Shown piece after piece: positions 1 to 9,394 of a stretch of DNA of 64,000 nucleotides. Location: IMG/VR virus record IMGVR_UViG_3300027896_000028; one strand, 5' to 3'. How positions within the stretch are numbered: the stretch's first letter is position 1; every line of letters begins with the position of its first letter. The stretch comes from a virus. Taxonomy: Duplodnaviria > Heunggongvirae > Uroviricota > Caudoviricetes. Below the pieces are notes generated by a model. The model was not told where the DNA came from. It was given only the letters and a program-made list of their open reading frames with translations, and ran no database searches. Made by a program: the position numbers and the translations under genes.

Positions 1-26
1 TTTCATATAGTTATAGTAGTATGTTT

Positions 27-356
27 TTATTGTTTAATCAACTTCTCTTTTTGTTCTCTCATCCAAGGCGTGCCTTCAAACCAAGGCTCGATATATTCTA
101 CGATATCCTTACGAGAGAATGAAGCAAAGTTATCGTTAGGACAACTCTCCAACACTTGGGTCATCATGAAAGCTAGCTTGGTAGACTTGTCGCTTTGTTT
201 ATCAGCGAAAGCTTTAACACCTTCCGTGGCTGCATCAATGATATGCTTCACCAGAGAGGGGTCTTCTTTACAAGACTGGTATACCCATTGTGTAATGGCT
301 TCTTTATTATCCATATTAGCAACCTCCAAAAATGCTACAGATAATAATGATTGCAA
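27..356 (-). CDS. hypothetical protein
   Basis: 109-aa ORF in the six-frame track, co-oriented with the flanking minus-strand genes. No recognisable motif. Confidence 0.45.
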   Translation of the reverse strand: MQSLLSVAFLEVANMDNKEAITQWVYQSCKEDPSLVKHIIDAATEGVKAFADKQSDKSTKLAFMMTQVLESCPNDNFASFSRKDIVEYIEPWFEGTPWMREQKEKLIKQ

Positions 357-448
357 TGATTGCAGCCCAGAAGCTGCTGTTATCCTTTGTACTGGTTGAA
401 TAACCTTTATATCTGCCGTGTCTGTCGTAATGATAACGTTTACTCATA

Positions 449-634
449 TTATTCTATCAATTTTGCCTTATAGAGCACCGTTTCAAGTTCCATGCGTTCA
501 GTCTGAACAGCCTCCGCTTTGATAAGTGCATCATCAGCCTCGCGACGATGTTTCGCTTCGCGATATTTCATTGATTCAATAACTTGTTCAAGAGCACGCT
601 TCCAGGCGTCTAATGTATTAGATTGATTATCCAT
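449..634 (-). CDS. hypothetical coiled-coil protein
   Basis: Track ORF 449..685. Start moved to an internal Met (MDNQSN) so it does not overlap the HIT gene. Charged helical sequence. Confidence 0.4.
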   Translation of the reverse strand: MDNQSNTLDAWKRALEQVIESMKYREAKHRREADDALIKAEAVQTERMELETVLYKAKLIE

Positions 635-635
635 A

Positions 636-1025
636 TTATTTCTTCCAGTACTTTGCTTTTTTAGGGATGACATGACGAATACCACCGCGTGGGTCTTTTA
701 CATCTCCTCTATAGCGAGGGATGACGTGACAATGAAATTGTAGCATAGTCTGACCTGCCGCATGTCCTTCGTTAAAGCCTACATTGAATCCATCAGGACG
801 AATAGGTAAACTTACATCTAGGTCACCCATTACCCAATCAACCATCCAAATCAATTCATCACGTTCATCTTTACCTAAGAGCATAAAACACTCTACTGCA
901 CGCTTAGGAACAATTAGAGTATGACCAGGTGAAATAGGAAATCCATCTCTAAAGATCACGAGCCTATCTCCTTCAAATATGAAGTCTTTCTTTTTAATCT
1001 TACCGAATATAGGTAATGTAATCAT
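636..1025 (-). CDS. HIT-family (histidine triad) nucleotide hydrolase/transferase
   Basis: 129 aa. Motif GHTLIVPKRAV resembles the HIT core, and QFHCHVIPR is a degenerate histidine-triad motif. Confidence 0.75.
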   Translation of the reverse strand: MITLPIFGKIKKKDFIFEGDRLVIFRDGFPISPGHTLIVPKRAVECFMLLGKDERDELIWMVDWVMGDLDVSLPIRPDGFNVGFNEGHAAGQTMLQFHCHVIPRYRGDVKDPRGGIRHVIPKKAKYWKK

Positions 1026-1038
1026 AATAAATTATAAG

Positions 1039-1320
1039 TTATTTCTTGTCGTTAGTCAAGCCATATTTCTTCAATTCTTTACTGTTGAGTTGGTGCTTGA
1101 GAGTAATTTTGACAAAAGGTTCTGTACCTTTGCGCCAGCTACGACCATCAGTAGTGTATGTGTCACGAACATACCAACTACGAGAGTCGACTTCACAGGC
1201 TTCACCGAAATGTCCCACAACTACGACTGGCATATCACCTGTCGGGTCGAGCTCTTTCAGTTTAGCTATGACCTGTTTAGTGGCCATAAACTTGCTCATG
1301 GCTGTTTGTTCTTTAGACAT
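1039..1320 (-). CDS. hypothetical protein
   Basis: 93-aa ORF tightly packed between minus-strand genes. Confidence 0.45.
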   Translation of the reverse strand: MSKEQTAMSKFMATKQVIAKLKELDPTGDMPVVVVGHFGEACEVDSRSWYVRDTYTTDGRSWRKGTEPFVKITLKHQLNSKELKKYGLTNDKK

Positions 1321-1476
1321 ATCAGTAACTTACGTATCCACCATCGTAATTACATCTGCTGCAAACACCGCGAGGTGAAGGGTCTTCAGGACCACGGTCG
1401 ACAATCTCAAAGTCGTGCCCACCTTTGTGTAGGTTCTCACACAACCATTGAAACAATTTCCACTTCAATTTGCGTA

Positions 1477-1725
1477 TCATGACCTCAGATCCCTTTCATA
1501 TGAATTGTTTATCGCTTCTTCGCGCAGCCTGTCTAACTCTTCTGCATGTTGTATAGCATTTTCACGTGCTTGATGGACTGATAGCTTTAGATGTTCAATC
1601 TCCATTGCTAATCGATAGTTTTCTTCAGTTAACACATCAATCCGCTGCTCACGCTTGGTGATTTGTTTTAACATAGAATAAGTATAGACTATTCCGCTGG
1701 AACAGGCCAGAATTATTTGACGCAA
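1477..1725 (-). CDS. hypothetical coiled-coil protein
   Basis: 82-aa ORF with heptad-like charged sequence. Confidence 0.4.
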   Translation of the reverse strand: MRQIILACSSGIVYTYSMLKQITKREQRIDVLTEENYRLAMEIEHLKLSVHQARENAIQHAEELDRLREEAINNSYERDLRS

Positions 1726-2156
1726 TTAGGAAAAATCTTAGCAAGAATCCTTTGATCTGCTTTCACTCTGTGCTCATTAAGCTTTTCTTCTTTGTAATCT
1801 AACATACTCTCTATAGCTGCTCTGATACGTTTGGCATCAGCTCGCTCAAATTTGAACATATCTGTATTGGTTAACCAAGCTTCGATGGGGCACGGGTTAT
1901 CCGCTTCTATCCCATAGATCCTGTCACCATCACAAAATGTTAATCTACGTTCTACTGTCTGACTAACTTCATCCGTCCACTTATCGTGGTTCTCAGGCCG
2001 GAGATCAACCAAAATTTGATTCACAATGCATTCATAGGAAACATCTTTCGGTGGTTCAGGTACCGGTGATGCAACTGGTGCAGGTTTCTTAAACGCAGTT
2101 GCAAATACTTTGTATGTATTACGTATATTTTGGAACATAATATCATTTAGCGACAC
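1713..2156 (-). CDS. hypothetical protein
   Basis: 147-aa ORF immediately upstream of the NAMPT-family gene on the same strand. Confidence 0.5.
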   Translation of the reverse strand: MSLNDIMFQNIRNTYKVFATAFKKPAPVASPVPEPPKDVSYECIVNQILVDLRPENHDKWTDEVSQTVERRLTFCDGDRIYGIEADNPCPIEAWLTNTDMFKFERADAKRIRAAIESMLDYKEEKLNEHRVKADQRILAKIFPNCVK

Positions 2157-3759
2157 GTGCCCGAATGTCTGCGAGCGTTTCGTTGATCAACAGTTTACCA
2201 TCGAGGAACACCGACTTGAGTTCACCCTTGGCTTCCTCTTCCGGAGTAACGCGATCGGTGTAGGTATAGTGGCCATCCACCAAGTCGACACGAACCATAC
2301 CTCTGGCAGACTTCTTCATACCATCATCCGACACCGGATCTTTGTACACATCGATCGCAGTGCCATTGACAATACCGTGAGTAGCTTTAATAGCCAGACC
2401 AAACGTATCGCGCGTATTGAATTGATACGTATAGCTACCAATGCCATAGACTGCGTTGGTGGAAGCAAAGCCCTTATCCTTGAGGCGGATACTGATCTTC
2501 TCTGCACGTTCCACAGTAATCGAATCACCATAGATAGCACCGATATGCGAATCCAACATCTTATAACCCTTCGGACTAACAGTACCATCGAAGATGTCCC
2601 AAAGAGATTCAATGAGACCCTTGCGTACCACTTCCTTCTCACGAGGCGTCAGCTTCTCCATCTGAGGATGGTAACCATCAAAGCCGCAGAGACAGTCCAC
2701 CGGATCAGTCCAGAACGAGTCGGGACGGATAACCAGCTTATCCACCGGGAAGCCTCCAGTACGGGCCATGATCTCAGGTTTCAACCGCGGAAGAATCTCA
2801 GATACAACACTGAAGAGGTTATATGTATCACCGACATACGACACAACACCACTCGGAAAGCCTTCAGTGATATACCATTTGAGGAAAGCGTACTCACGGA
2901 TGAGCATCGGATTGATAACCACTGGGTCGTGATCTTCTTGACCTTGACCTTCAGGTGTGCGATCAATAAATTCCTTCATCGACTTACCAAAGTATTCATC
3001 GTTATAGATGATGTTAAAGCTGGCCACAGCATGTTCAGAAGCTGGAACGCTAGCACCAACCAGTTCCTTCTCCACATCCGCATTGTAGTAGTGTTCCAAG
3101 AACTCAATAGCCGGAATGGTATCGGTCCCAGTGAAAGACAACAAATGTCCACCACCACTCGTACAAGCCGACTCCATGCTGCTCATACCACGGAAGCTGA
3201 AGTCATGACCCTGCCATTGACAGAAGCTGGTATCACCAACTGTTTCCATAGCGTACTTGTCGAGCACAGCCCGGAAGGTCTTGGCGATGGTAGCACTAGT
3301 CATCGGCTGCCAAGTGATACAGCTCCAGATGCTCTCCAGATAGTTCACCAACCAATAAGCATGATCAACGGTGTTGGTGATAGTCGTACACGGAGTACGA
3401 ATAGACACGCTAACACCTTCAGGAAGCGATTTGATATGAAGCGGGAGATAGCCCAAGTCGTGGAGCTTCTTGATGTGATCCGTAGTCACCGCACCCTTAC
3501 CGAGCGTGGCGTTAATCATACGGAGATACTTGGCTTCCACTTCAGCCCAAGGCTTACGGAAGAAGTTCACCTCCCATTGATTCAAGAGATACTCCTTGAT
3601 GAAGTATTGCAGGCCGAAGACAACAACCGTATTCGTACCTTCGATACGGCTCTTGCGTGGAGTGAGATTGGAATATACCTTCGTGGTGCCTTTCGGGTAC
3701 ATTTTATAATGTCCCTGTTTGTAGAAATCGTTTTGAATCAGTGGTTGGATATGTTTCAT
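2143..3759 (-). CDS. nicotinamide phosphoribosyltransferase family protein (NAMPT/NadV-like; candidate Namat of an NAD+ reconstitution pathway)
   Basis: 538 aa. The N-terminus MKHIQPLIQNDFYKQGHYKMYP and the overall length are typical of the NAMPT/NadV family. The long antisense ORF 2110..3894 is rejected. Confidence 0.85.
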   Translation of the reverse strand: MKHIQPLIQNDFYKQGHYKMYPKGTTKVYSNLTPRKSRIEGTNTVVVFGLQYFIKEYLLNQWEVNFFRKPWAEVEAKYLRMINATLGKGAVTTDHIKKLHDLGYLPLHIKSLPEGVSVSIRTPCTTITNTVDHAYWLVNYLESIWSCITWQPMTSATIAKTFRAVLDKYAMETVGDTSFCQWQGHDFSFRGMSSMESACTSGGGHLLSFTGTDTIPAIEFLEHYYNADVEKELVGASVPASEHAVASFNIIYNDEYFGKSMKEFIDRTPEGQGQEDHDPVVINPMLIREYAFLKWYITEGFPSGVVSYVGDTYNLFSVVSEILPRLKPEIMARTGGFPVDKLVIRPDSFWTDPVDCLCGFDGYHPQMEKLTPREKEVVRKGLIESLWDIFDGTVSPKGYKMLDSHIGAIYGDSITVERAEKISIRLKDKGFASTNAVYGIGSYTYQFNTRDTFGLAIKATHGIVNGTAIDVYKDPVSDDGMKKSARGMVRVDLVDGHYTYTDRVTPEEEAKGELKSVFLDGKLLINETLADIRARVAK

Positions 3760-3790
3760 AGTAAAATAATAAAGGATTTGGTTGTGATAG

Positions 3791-4042
3791 TCAAGATTTA
3801 TTTGCGAATCTCTCTGACTGTTCTTTTAAGAAGGTCGAGATGGCCTGCTTCTGTGCAACAGACATTTCAGTGGCAATCATCTCATCCGATATAGCTTTCA
3901 GATACGCAGCGACATTGTTTAATCCGATGAATACAGCTTGATACCTATCTGTATCGACTTCCATAATAGCATGGGCGATATCTTCAGAGGATACGTGGAC
4001 TTCTACCTCCACGTCCACGTTTACTGTTTTTGTGATTTTCAT
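3791..4042 (-). CDS. hypothetical protein
   Basis: 83-aa ORF. Confidence 0.45.
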   Translation of the reverse strand: MKITKTVNVDVEVEVHVSSEDIAHAIMEVDTDRYQAVFIGLNNVAAYLKAISDEMIATEMSVAQKQAISTFLKEQSERFANKS

Positions 4043-4043
4043 A

Positions 4044-4253
4044 TCAGGTTTCTTTCGCTAAAATGGCATAAACAGCACCAATGCATTTTTCTTTGGCCCA
4101 GTCAACCCACACTTGTTTATCAATGCAATCACTGGCTTCGATAGCAGATTGTGTAAACCTAATAAATTCACCGCTCATGTCGCAGATAACGAAGCCTTTA
4201 TCATCGATGTATAGCATGTATCTCGTCATAACATTAGGGATTTTCTTCGACAA
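4044..4253 (-). CDS. hypothetical protein
   Basis: 69-aa ORF. Confidence 0.4.
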   Translation of the reverse strand: MSKKIPNVMTRYMLYIDDKGFVICDMSGEFIRFTQSAIEASDCIDKQVWVDWAKEKCIGAVYAILAKET

Positions 4254-4731
4254 TCTTCATATACATCGTGTTCAAATCAGAATACACACGAGCCAGTAGA
4301 GATGGGTTAACCAATTCAGTCTGGATCAATACATCGTTCTTACGCTTGTACTCTGGATGGATACAGACATAAGTCTTGCGATAGGGAGCATACTGACACT
4401 TGACAAGCTGCTTACCATATTCCAGAAGGGTAATGGGTGCCAATGTCTCAGGAGCGAAATAGAATAGAGTAATCTCCGCCAAGTCGAGATGCTTAAACTC
4501 CCAAGCAATCTGCTCGCGTTCTGCTTTAGGGTCAAGAGTGGAATAGTTATCACGGCGTGGATTAAAGATGTTAAAGTGAGGTAACAAACGATTCGCAGCA
4601 TCATCTTGCCAATTGGAGGCACCAGTAATGGAGCCAGCTAGGAAGATGGTATGCTTCAAATCGAGACCAGAGTAGTGTTCAATGCTATTAGGAGCTTCGA
4701 GATATTTCATAAGTTTAAGATATGGCATCAA
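4234..4731 (-). CDS. nucleoside 2-deoxyribosyltransferase-like protein (putative)
   Basis: 165 aa. The motif IFLAGSITGASNWQDD resembles the Rossmann-type N-deoxyribosyltransferase N-terminus. This is an inference from motif recall only. Confidence 0.4.
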   Translation of the reverse strand: MMPYLKLMKYLEAPNSIEHYSGLDLKHTIFLAGSITGASNWQDDAANRLLPHFNIFNPRRDNYSTLDPKAEREQIAWEFKHLDLAEITLFYFAPETLAPITLLEYGKQLVKCQYAPYRKTYVCIHPEYKRKNDVLIQTELVNPSLLARVYSDLNTMYMKIVEENP

Positions 4732-5206
4732 TCGTTGTTCCGAAAGTGCGTACAGCCATTAACGTTTTCCCAAGGAGATTTAATCCTTGCCAATTCTTTT
4801 CATCGAGAATAAGATCATCATCCTCTGCAAGACCTACACCCCATATCTTATCTGTAGGTGAAGCTTCTACTAAAGTCCGTGAGCCTGTAGCTTTTAATAG
4901 TTCCCACAAGCCTAGATTCTGCCGAAACTTCGCAAGCACAGCAGTATGCATGGCGCGCTCACGTAATTTTTCCCATTTAGCATTGTTAAATCCTTTAACC
5001 AGTCTGCCTAGCTTCTTAGCTTCTGCAGGATGCTTAACACTTGCAATCTGCGTCATGATATCAGCATCGTTAAAATGGTAAGCCTTCAACCACATAAAGG
5101 CGTGCTCTGAAGTATAGAATGGTATATCGTCAATGTGTAACGGCGCAGGATAGAAGTTACTCATAAACCCACCGTAGAAATAGATATGTGTGTCAGTGGT
5201 CCTCAT
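4715..5206 (-). CDS. NADAR-domain protein (YbiA-like; NAD- and ADP-ribose-associated)
   Basis: 163 aa. IYFYGGFMSNFYPAPLHIDDIPFYTSEHAFMWLKAYHF matches the conserved YbiA/NADAR signature. Confidence 0.8.
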   Translation of the reverse strand: MRTTDTHIYFYGGFMSNFYPAPLHIDDIPFYTSEHAFMWLKAYHFNDADIMTQIASVKHPAEAKKLGRLVKGFNNAKWEKLRERAMHTAVLAKFRQNLGLWELLKATGSRTLVEASPTDKIWGVGLAEDDDLILDEKNWQGLNLLGKTLMAVRTFGTTIDAIS

Positions 5207-6099
5207 AGTTTGTCAAAGAATTTGTTCACTAACCCAAGGACGTGAATATTTGGGTGTTGCGTATCTACCAAATCATGGTAGTAACTATCAGTAGTCCATA
5301 TCTGATCAATACCGTTACATAACAATTTCTCAAGTGTAGTGGTTAGATTGGTATCTCCACCGAAGACTCCATGAGTAACGTAAAGAATAACCTTACCACA
5401 GTTCTTCTTCTTCAGCTCAGCAGCGAGACCAATGAATGTACCACCCATTTCGCAGATATCATCTACAATAACAACATTCCTACCTTTGAGATCATCGCAG
5501 TAAACAGCAATCTCTTTAATCTTTCCGTTTGTTAGATCGCGAAGCTTATCGGCCCGAACGAAATTGTCATGAGCCAACCAACCAGCCACTTCGGCTGTCT
5601 TCTTATTGCTACCAGCATCCGGACTGACGAGTACACTACCCATCAGAGTAGGAATGAAATCGGTATACTTGTTGAGTACATCGAGCTGAGAGATAATCTG
5701 AACCCGATCGATAACAGCTTCGCTAACCAAGCTATGAGGGTCGACAATGGTTACCTTGTTGAAGTTCAAGCTGTTGATGTAGTTAGCGAATACCTTCAAG
5801 CTAAAGGATTCACCTCTATCACAAACCCTATCCTGCCGAGCATAAGGCAGATAAGGCATGAACAGATTGATAGGGTTCTTGTCAAAGCGTTCAAGAGCGT
5901 CCTTCAGATTAGCCAGCTTGAACAAGTCATCGCTGTTCTGAATGCGAGCAACAATCACATTAGGCTGTTCAATAGATTGGTAAGCATAGTCAGCAGCATT
6001 AAGCTTGACAGACACTTCACCAGCAGGGAAGATGAATTCCTTGAAGTAAAGAGAACTTTTAATGCCAGTTGTGAGGTTAATTTTGTGGATGTTAAACAT
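5203..6099 (-). CDS. ribose-phosphate pyrophosphokinase (PRPP synthetase)-like protein; candidate Adps of an NAD+ reconstitution pathway
   Basis: 298 aa. The PRPP-binding loop NVVIVDDICEMGGTF is diagnostic of the Prs family. The long antisense ORF 5569..6120 is rejected. Confidence 0.8.
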   Translation of the reverse strand: MFNIHKINLTTGIKSSLYFKEFIFPAGEVSVKLNAADYAYQSIEQPNVIVARIQNSDDLFKLANLKDALERFDKNPINLFMPYLPYARQDRVCDRGESFSLKVFANYINSLNFNKVTIVDPHSLVSEAVIDRVQIISQLDVLNKYTDFIPTLMGSVLVSPDAGSNKKTAEVAGWLAHDNFVRADKLRDLTNGKIKEIAVYCDDLKGRNVVIVDDICEMGGTFIGLAAELKKKNCGKVILYVTHGVFGGDTNLTTTLEKLLCNGIDQIWTTDSYYHDLVDTQHPNIHVLGLVNKFFDKL

Positions 6100-6100
6100 A

Positions 6101-6283
6101 TTATTTGGGTGCGTGTATAAAGAGATAAAGGATACCTACAAATAGGCTGACAGTCATCGCGATCTGCAAAGGACTATCAGCGTCTTTGTTGTTACGGAGA
6201 AATCCAGCAATGCTGCACAGGCCACAGATGGACCAGATGATGGTAATTAGCATCAACCAATTGTTGTGAAGTATGATGTCCAT
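6101..6283 (-). CDS. small membrane protein
   Basis: Track ORF 6101..6379 trimmed to an internal Met. Two hydrophobic helices. Confidence 0.4.
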   Translation of the reverse strand: MDIILHNNWLMLITIIWSICGLCSIAGFLRNNKDADSPLQIAMTVSLFVGILYLFIHAPK

Positions 6284-6284
6284 A

Positions 6285-6467
6285 TTATCTTCCTTTGATG
6301 AAAGCAATGAGCAAAACCACCGCAAGAGCTGCTGCTCCAATGATAAAGAGCCAGTAGAAGAATGTAGGATACGTATCAATCAGCTGCTGGAAGCAGTACT
6401 GTTGATACGACATAACAACGACGGGTTGATTGTTCATATTAGTTCTCTTGAACGACGAATGTACCAC
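6285..6467 (-). CDS. small membrane protein
   Basis: 60 aa with a hydrophobic core (FFYWLFIIGAAALAVVLLIAFI). Confidence 0.4.
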   Translation of the reverse strand: MVHSSFKRTNMNNQPVVVMSYQQYCFQQLIDTYPTFFYWLFIIGAAALAVVLLIAFIKGR

Positions 6468-6696
6468 TGATGATTACAGCCTTGTCATTGTTGTCAATGA
6501 AGAAGCAGCTTCCACCACGATCTTCCACCTTGGACTTAGCTTTCCAAGTTTGGATAGCTGTACCGTTTGCGTTGTAGAGGGTGATGGTGCGATTCAAGCC
6601 GAGCCAGTCAGACTTCTCGTGCTTGAGTGCGTTGTTAATTTTACCACAACCGGTCAGAACAACCAGGAGAGGAGCGATGATGAGTAGTTTTTTCAT
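6439..6696 (-). CDS. putative lipoprotein
   Basis: 85 aa. N-terminal signal with lipobox LVVLTGC. Confidence 0.5.
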   Translation of the reverse strand: MKKLLIIAPLLVVLTGCGKINNALKHEKSDWLGLNRTITLYNANGTAIQTWKAKSKVEDRGGSCFFIDNNDKAVIISGTFVVQEN

Positions 6697-7289
6697 TTTG
6701 TTAGTTGATAGATAGATATTCCGAACTTGGTTTTGTCAGCGAACACTTTTGTAAATTCTCCAGTCTTCTCGAAAGCTTCGAGAGCGTTAGAGACACCGCT
6801 ACAGAAAACAGAATCATGGAAAATCATGTAACCATCTTTCGCAACGAGTGATTTGTAATTCTGGATGTCTCTCTTCACACCCTCTTCAGAGTGGTCTGCA
6901 TCAATATAAACTAAGTCGAAGAGCTGGTTATGAGACAATGCCCACGCTTGAGCTTCTTTTGACTGAGAGTCACCGATGTACTCTTCCACGTTCTTACCTT
7001 TGAGGTTATCCTTCCGATAGACGTGAGCAGAGTGTTGATTGTTGTCGATGATTTTGATCGTATCAATACCGAGAAAGTCAGAGAACACTCTTGCATTTCC
7101 ACCAGCAGCAGCACCAACCTCCAAGAGGTTCTTAAAGCTTTTATTAGAAGCCATTAAGAAAGCTACCACATTAGAAATCTCATCCAGGTTCTGCTGCAGA
7201 CGAATACCACCTACAAACTTACCACCAAACATTTCCAAGTTATCAGAACCCAGATCTGCGATTTTGTCTTTAATTTCTTGAATGTCCAT
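6693..7289 (-). CDS. class I SAM-dependent methyltransferase
   Basis: 198 aa. Motif I is LEVGAAAGG, and VYIDADH is typical of O-methyltransferase-like Rossmann enzymes. Confidence 0.7.
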   Translation of the reverse strand: MDIQEIKDKIADLGSDNLEMFGGKFVGGIRLQQNLDEISNVVAFLMASNKSFKNLLEVGAAAGGNARVFSDFLGIDTIKIIDNNQHSAHVYRKDNLKGKNVEEYIGDSQSKEAQAWALSHNQLFDLVYIDADHSEEGVKRDIQNYKSLVAKDGYMIFHDSVFCSGVSNALEAFEKTGEFTKVFADKTKFGISIYQLTK

Positions 7290-7327
7290 ACAAAGAGTGT
7301 AGATGATTTAGTTAATATGTGCAAGAG

Positions 7328-7549
7328 TTAAATTGAATATTCTGGTACAAATTCTTTGTTAAAGCAGTTCACTAGATGCTCCTCGTTAATGAAACCATAT
7401 CCATTGCGATCGAACTTGAATGTGCAGTCTTTATTCTCTGGTGTACCAGCACCACAATAGAAGTACTTGTTGACAGAGTGTAGATACATACACCTACCAA
7501 TCTTTAACTCTTCATTACACAATGGACATTTAGGATTCATAAGTCTCAC
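7328..7549 (-). CDS. cysteine-rich small protein (zinc-ribbon-like)
   Basis: 73 aa with CPLC...C...C...C spacing. Confidence 0.45.
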   Translation of the reverse strand: MRLMNPKCPLCNEELKIGRCMYLHSVNKYFYCGAGTPENKDCTFKFDRNGYGFINEEHLVNCFNKEFVPEYSI

Positions 7550-7763
7550 GCATTTGTACCCAGAACCGTAGGTTAGTAGCTACCGGTAGTCTTGCACTAT
7601 CAGCTACTGCTGTAGCAATATGAATACCGAGATGTGCATATGCATTATCATTCCATGAAGTTATTAGGTCATCGAGGTGTGCACCTGGACTTATAAACAC
7701 CCTGCGAGTGACATAGTCACGTTGCTTAAAAGGTTTACTAACTATTACATCTTCAGCTTCCAT
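7530..7763 (-). CDS. hypothetical protein
   Basis: Track ORF 7530..7832 trimmed to an internal Met to avoid overlap with the ligase gene. Confidence 0.35.
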   Translation of the reverse strand: MEAEDVIVSKPFKQRDYVTRRVFISPGAHLDDLITSWNDNAYAHLGIHIATAVADSARLPVATNLRFWVQMRETYES

Positions 7764-7764
7764 A

Positions 7765-8880
7765 TTAATGCTTAAAGCAATTGTCAATATCGATGCGAGC
7801 GAAGTTTGGAGTACCCAAACCAGTAAGACCATTGTAAAGGAACGTAACTGTCTTCCCTATCCAACCACCCACCTCAAAGAGAACCTTACGGTCCTCATAG
7901 CAACCTTTAAACGTTGCATCAAACTCTATACCCTCCCACAGCAATGTAGCTGTGACTGCAGAACCGTCCATCGTCTTGCCTTGATGGATAGCGAGGATCT
8001 TAGCTTCTGCGTCATCTTCGGGTTTAACCTTGAGTAGATCATATGAGCGACCGTGCTTGTAAGGAGCAGTGATAGACCGATACATAGCACCCTCGTACCC
8101 ATCATCTACATAGGATTGATACACTTTGTATGTCTCATCAACACTCTTCACCATCTCGTAGTCGACAACAACAATGTATTTGATATCCTGTAGAAAAGTC
8201 TTCAGAGCTTCACGACGCTGCAGGTTTCCGGTCTGCTCAGTAACGCCATTGAAACCGTAACCATCATAAACATAGAGCCGAACAAACTCTTCGCTCTCCT
8301 TTAAAACAGCTGGTGTGATCTTCTTCTCCTTCTTTTTGAGAATGCTCATCAACTTGTTGAGCTTATAACGGAACTCGTGATTGTAACCTTCACCATCAAT
8401 AACGAGATCAGGATATCTCTTAAAAAGAGGCTCCAAGGCTTTGATGATGTGTGGAATGGTAAGCCAGGTCTCACCCTTGCGAGTGAATGCACCATCCTTA
8501 GTAACAATGACACGACCACCGTTGTACTTGCGATCCAACATCGCCGGGAAAGTGATTGTATCAAGACGATCTTTGAGATGATAAGCGAGCATAGGCTCAA
8601 CGTACTGAAAGTTGTCAACATCATTGATAGAAAGGAAGTAACCAGTCTTGAGCTGTTTCTTGTATTTCGACTTGACCTCAGCTTCAGCTTGCTCTTCAGC
8701 AGTAGTAGCATTTGCCTTGCCGATGTTCTTCGGCTTAGCAATGACCCAATCTGATTCAACTAGATTAGGGCTACCCTTCACTCCAGCGACAGTACGAAAC
8801 TTATCACCATCACGCTGCTGATACCAGATGCGAATATTACCTGTTGAATCCTTACAATAGAGGGTGTCGTATGTTTTCAT
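7765..8880 (-). CDS. ATP-dependent DNA ligase (T7-like)
   Basis: 371 aa. Motif I is KYNGGR (compare T7 KYDGQR), motif IV is DGYEGAMYR and motif V is LLKVK. Confidence 0.8.
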   Translation of the reverse strand: MKTYDTLYCKDSTGNIRIWYQQRDGDKFRTVAGVKGSPNLVESDWVIAKPKNIGKANATTAEEQAEAEVKSKYKKQLKTGYFLSINDVDNFQYVEPMLAYHLKDRLDTITFPAMLDRKYNGGRVIVTKDGAFTRKGETWLTIPHIIKALEPLFKRYPDLVIDGEGYNHEFRYKLNKLMSILKKKEKKITPAVLKESEEFVRLYVYDGYGFNGVTEQTGNLQRREALKTFLQDIKYIVVVDYEMVKSVDETYKVYQSYVDDGYEGAMYRSITAPYKHGRSYDLLKVKPEDDAEAKILAIHQGKTMDGSAVTATLLWEGIEFDATFKGCYEDRKVLFEVGGWIGKTVTFLYNGLTGLGTPNFARIDIDNCFKH

Positions 8881-8908
8881 TATTAAAATTATAGCTTATT
8901 TTTCGAAA

Positions 8909-9142
8909 TTAGTCAAGAGTTTTTTCAAGTTGTTCACTGAGTAGATGTTGAACAAGTAGATGTTGAACAGTCTGGCTTACTTCCCATGCAACTGGAGATT
9001 CGATGCCAATACGTACCAGCATCATACCATCATCTACTACTGAGAAGGCATTGTACATATCATCATACATAGACATAGCCAACCTTTTCACTTCGTCCAT
9101 CTCAGCTGGTCTAGGTATTATATATGTTGTCATCTTTTCCAT
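8909..9142 (-). CDS. hypothetical protein
   Basis: 77-aa ORF. Confidence 0.4.
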   Translation of the reverse strand: MEKMTTYIIPRPAEMDEVKRLAMSMYDDMYNAFSVVDDGMMLVRIGIESPVAWEVSQTVQHLLVQHLLSEQLEKTLD

Positions 9143-9354
9143 AGGTTACATAAGACAGCTCTCAGTACAGATTGAACAGGTACTCTTGTATTACTGTACG
9201 TGGTTACGAATACTTGTTTATTGACCTCTTGGAAGATACCAATGTCAAAGTGGTTGAAGGTGTCTTCACTACACTGATGTTCTATTGACAGCATAACATC
9301 TGTACCAAGAAAGATATTTGTATCATCCATAATTAAAAAACCGGGCCCAGCCAT
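9130..9354 (-). CDS. hypothetical protein
   Basis: 74-aa ORF. Confidence 0.4.
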   Translation of the reverse strand: MAGPGFLIMDDTNIFLGTDVMLSIEHQCSEDTFNHFDIGIFQEVNKQVFVTTYSNTRVPVQSVLRAVLCNLWKR

Positions 9355-9376
9355 ATCATGTACTAGACCCGGTTGA
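9341..9376 (-). terminator. possible intrinsic terminator
   Basis: CCGGG...CCCGG hairpin with a long loop, followed on the minus strand by a T6 run, downstream of gene 9395..10255. Confidence 0.3.
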
Positions 9377-9394
9377 GTTGGCTACAAACTAAAC

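Noticed and set aside
70-399. 109-aa plus-strand ORF overlapping the 27..356 minus ORF
   Set aside because: It has a GTG start and is antisense to a co-oriented minus-strand gene run. The minus ORF was kept as the more parsimonious call, though with low confidence.
979-1482. Plus-strand ORFs 979..1482 and 1046..1378
   Set aside because: They are antisense to the HIT gene and to 1039..1320, and their composition is hydrophobic and low-complexity, typical of shadow ORFs.
2110-3894. 594-aa plus-strand ORF
   Set aside because: It is entirely antisense to the well-supported NAMPT-family gene. Its translation is low-complexity with no motifs. Long spurious antisense ORFs are expected in a frame of an AT-rich coding region.
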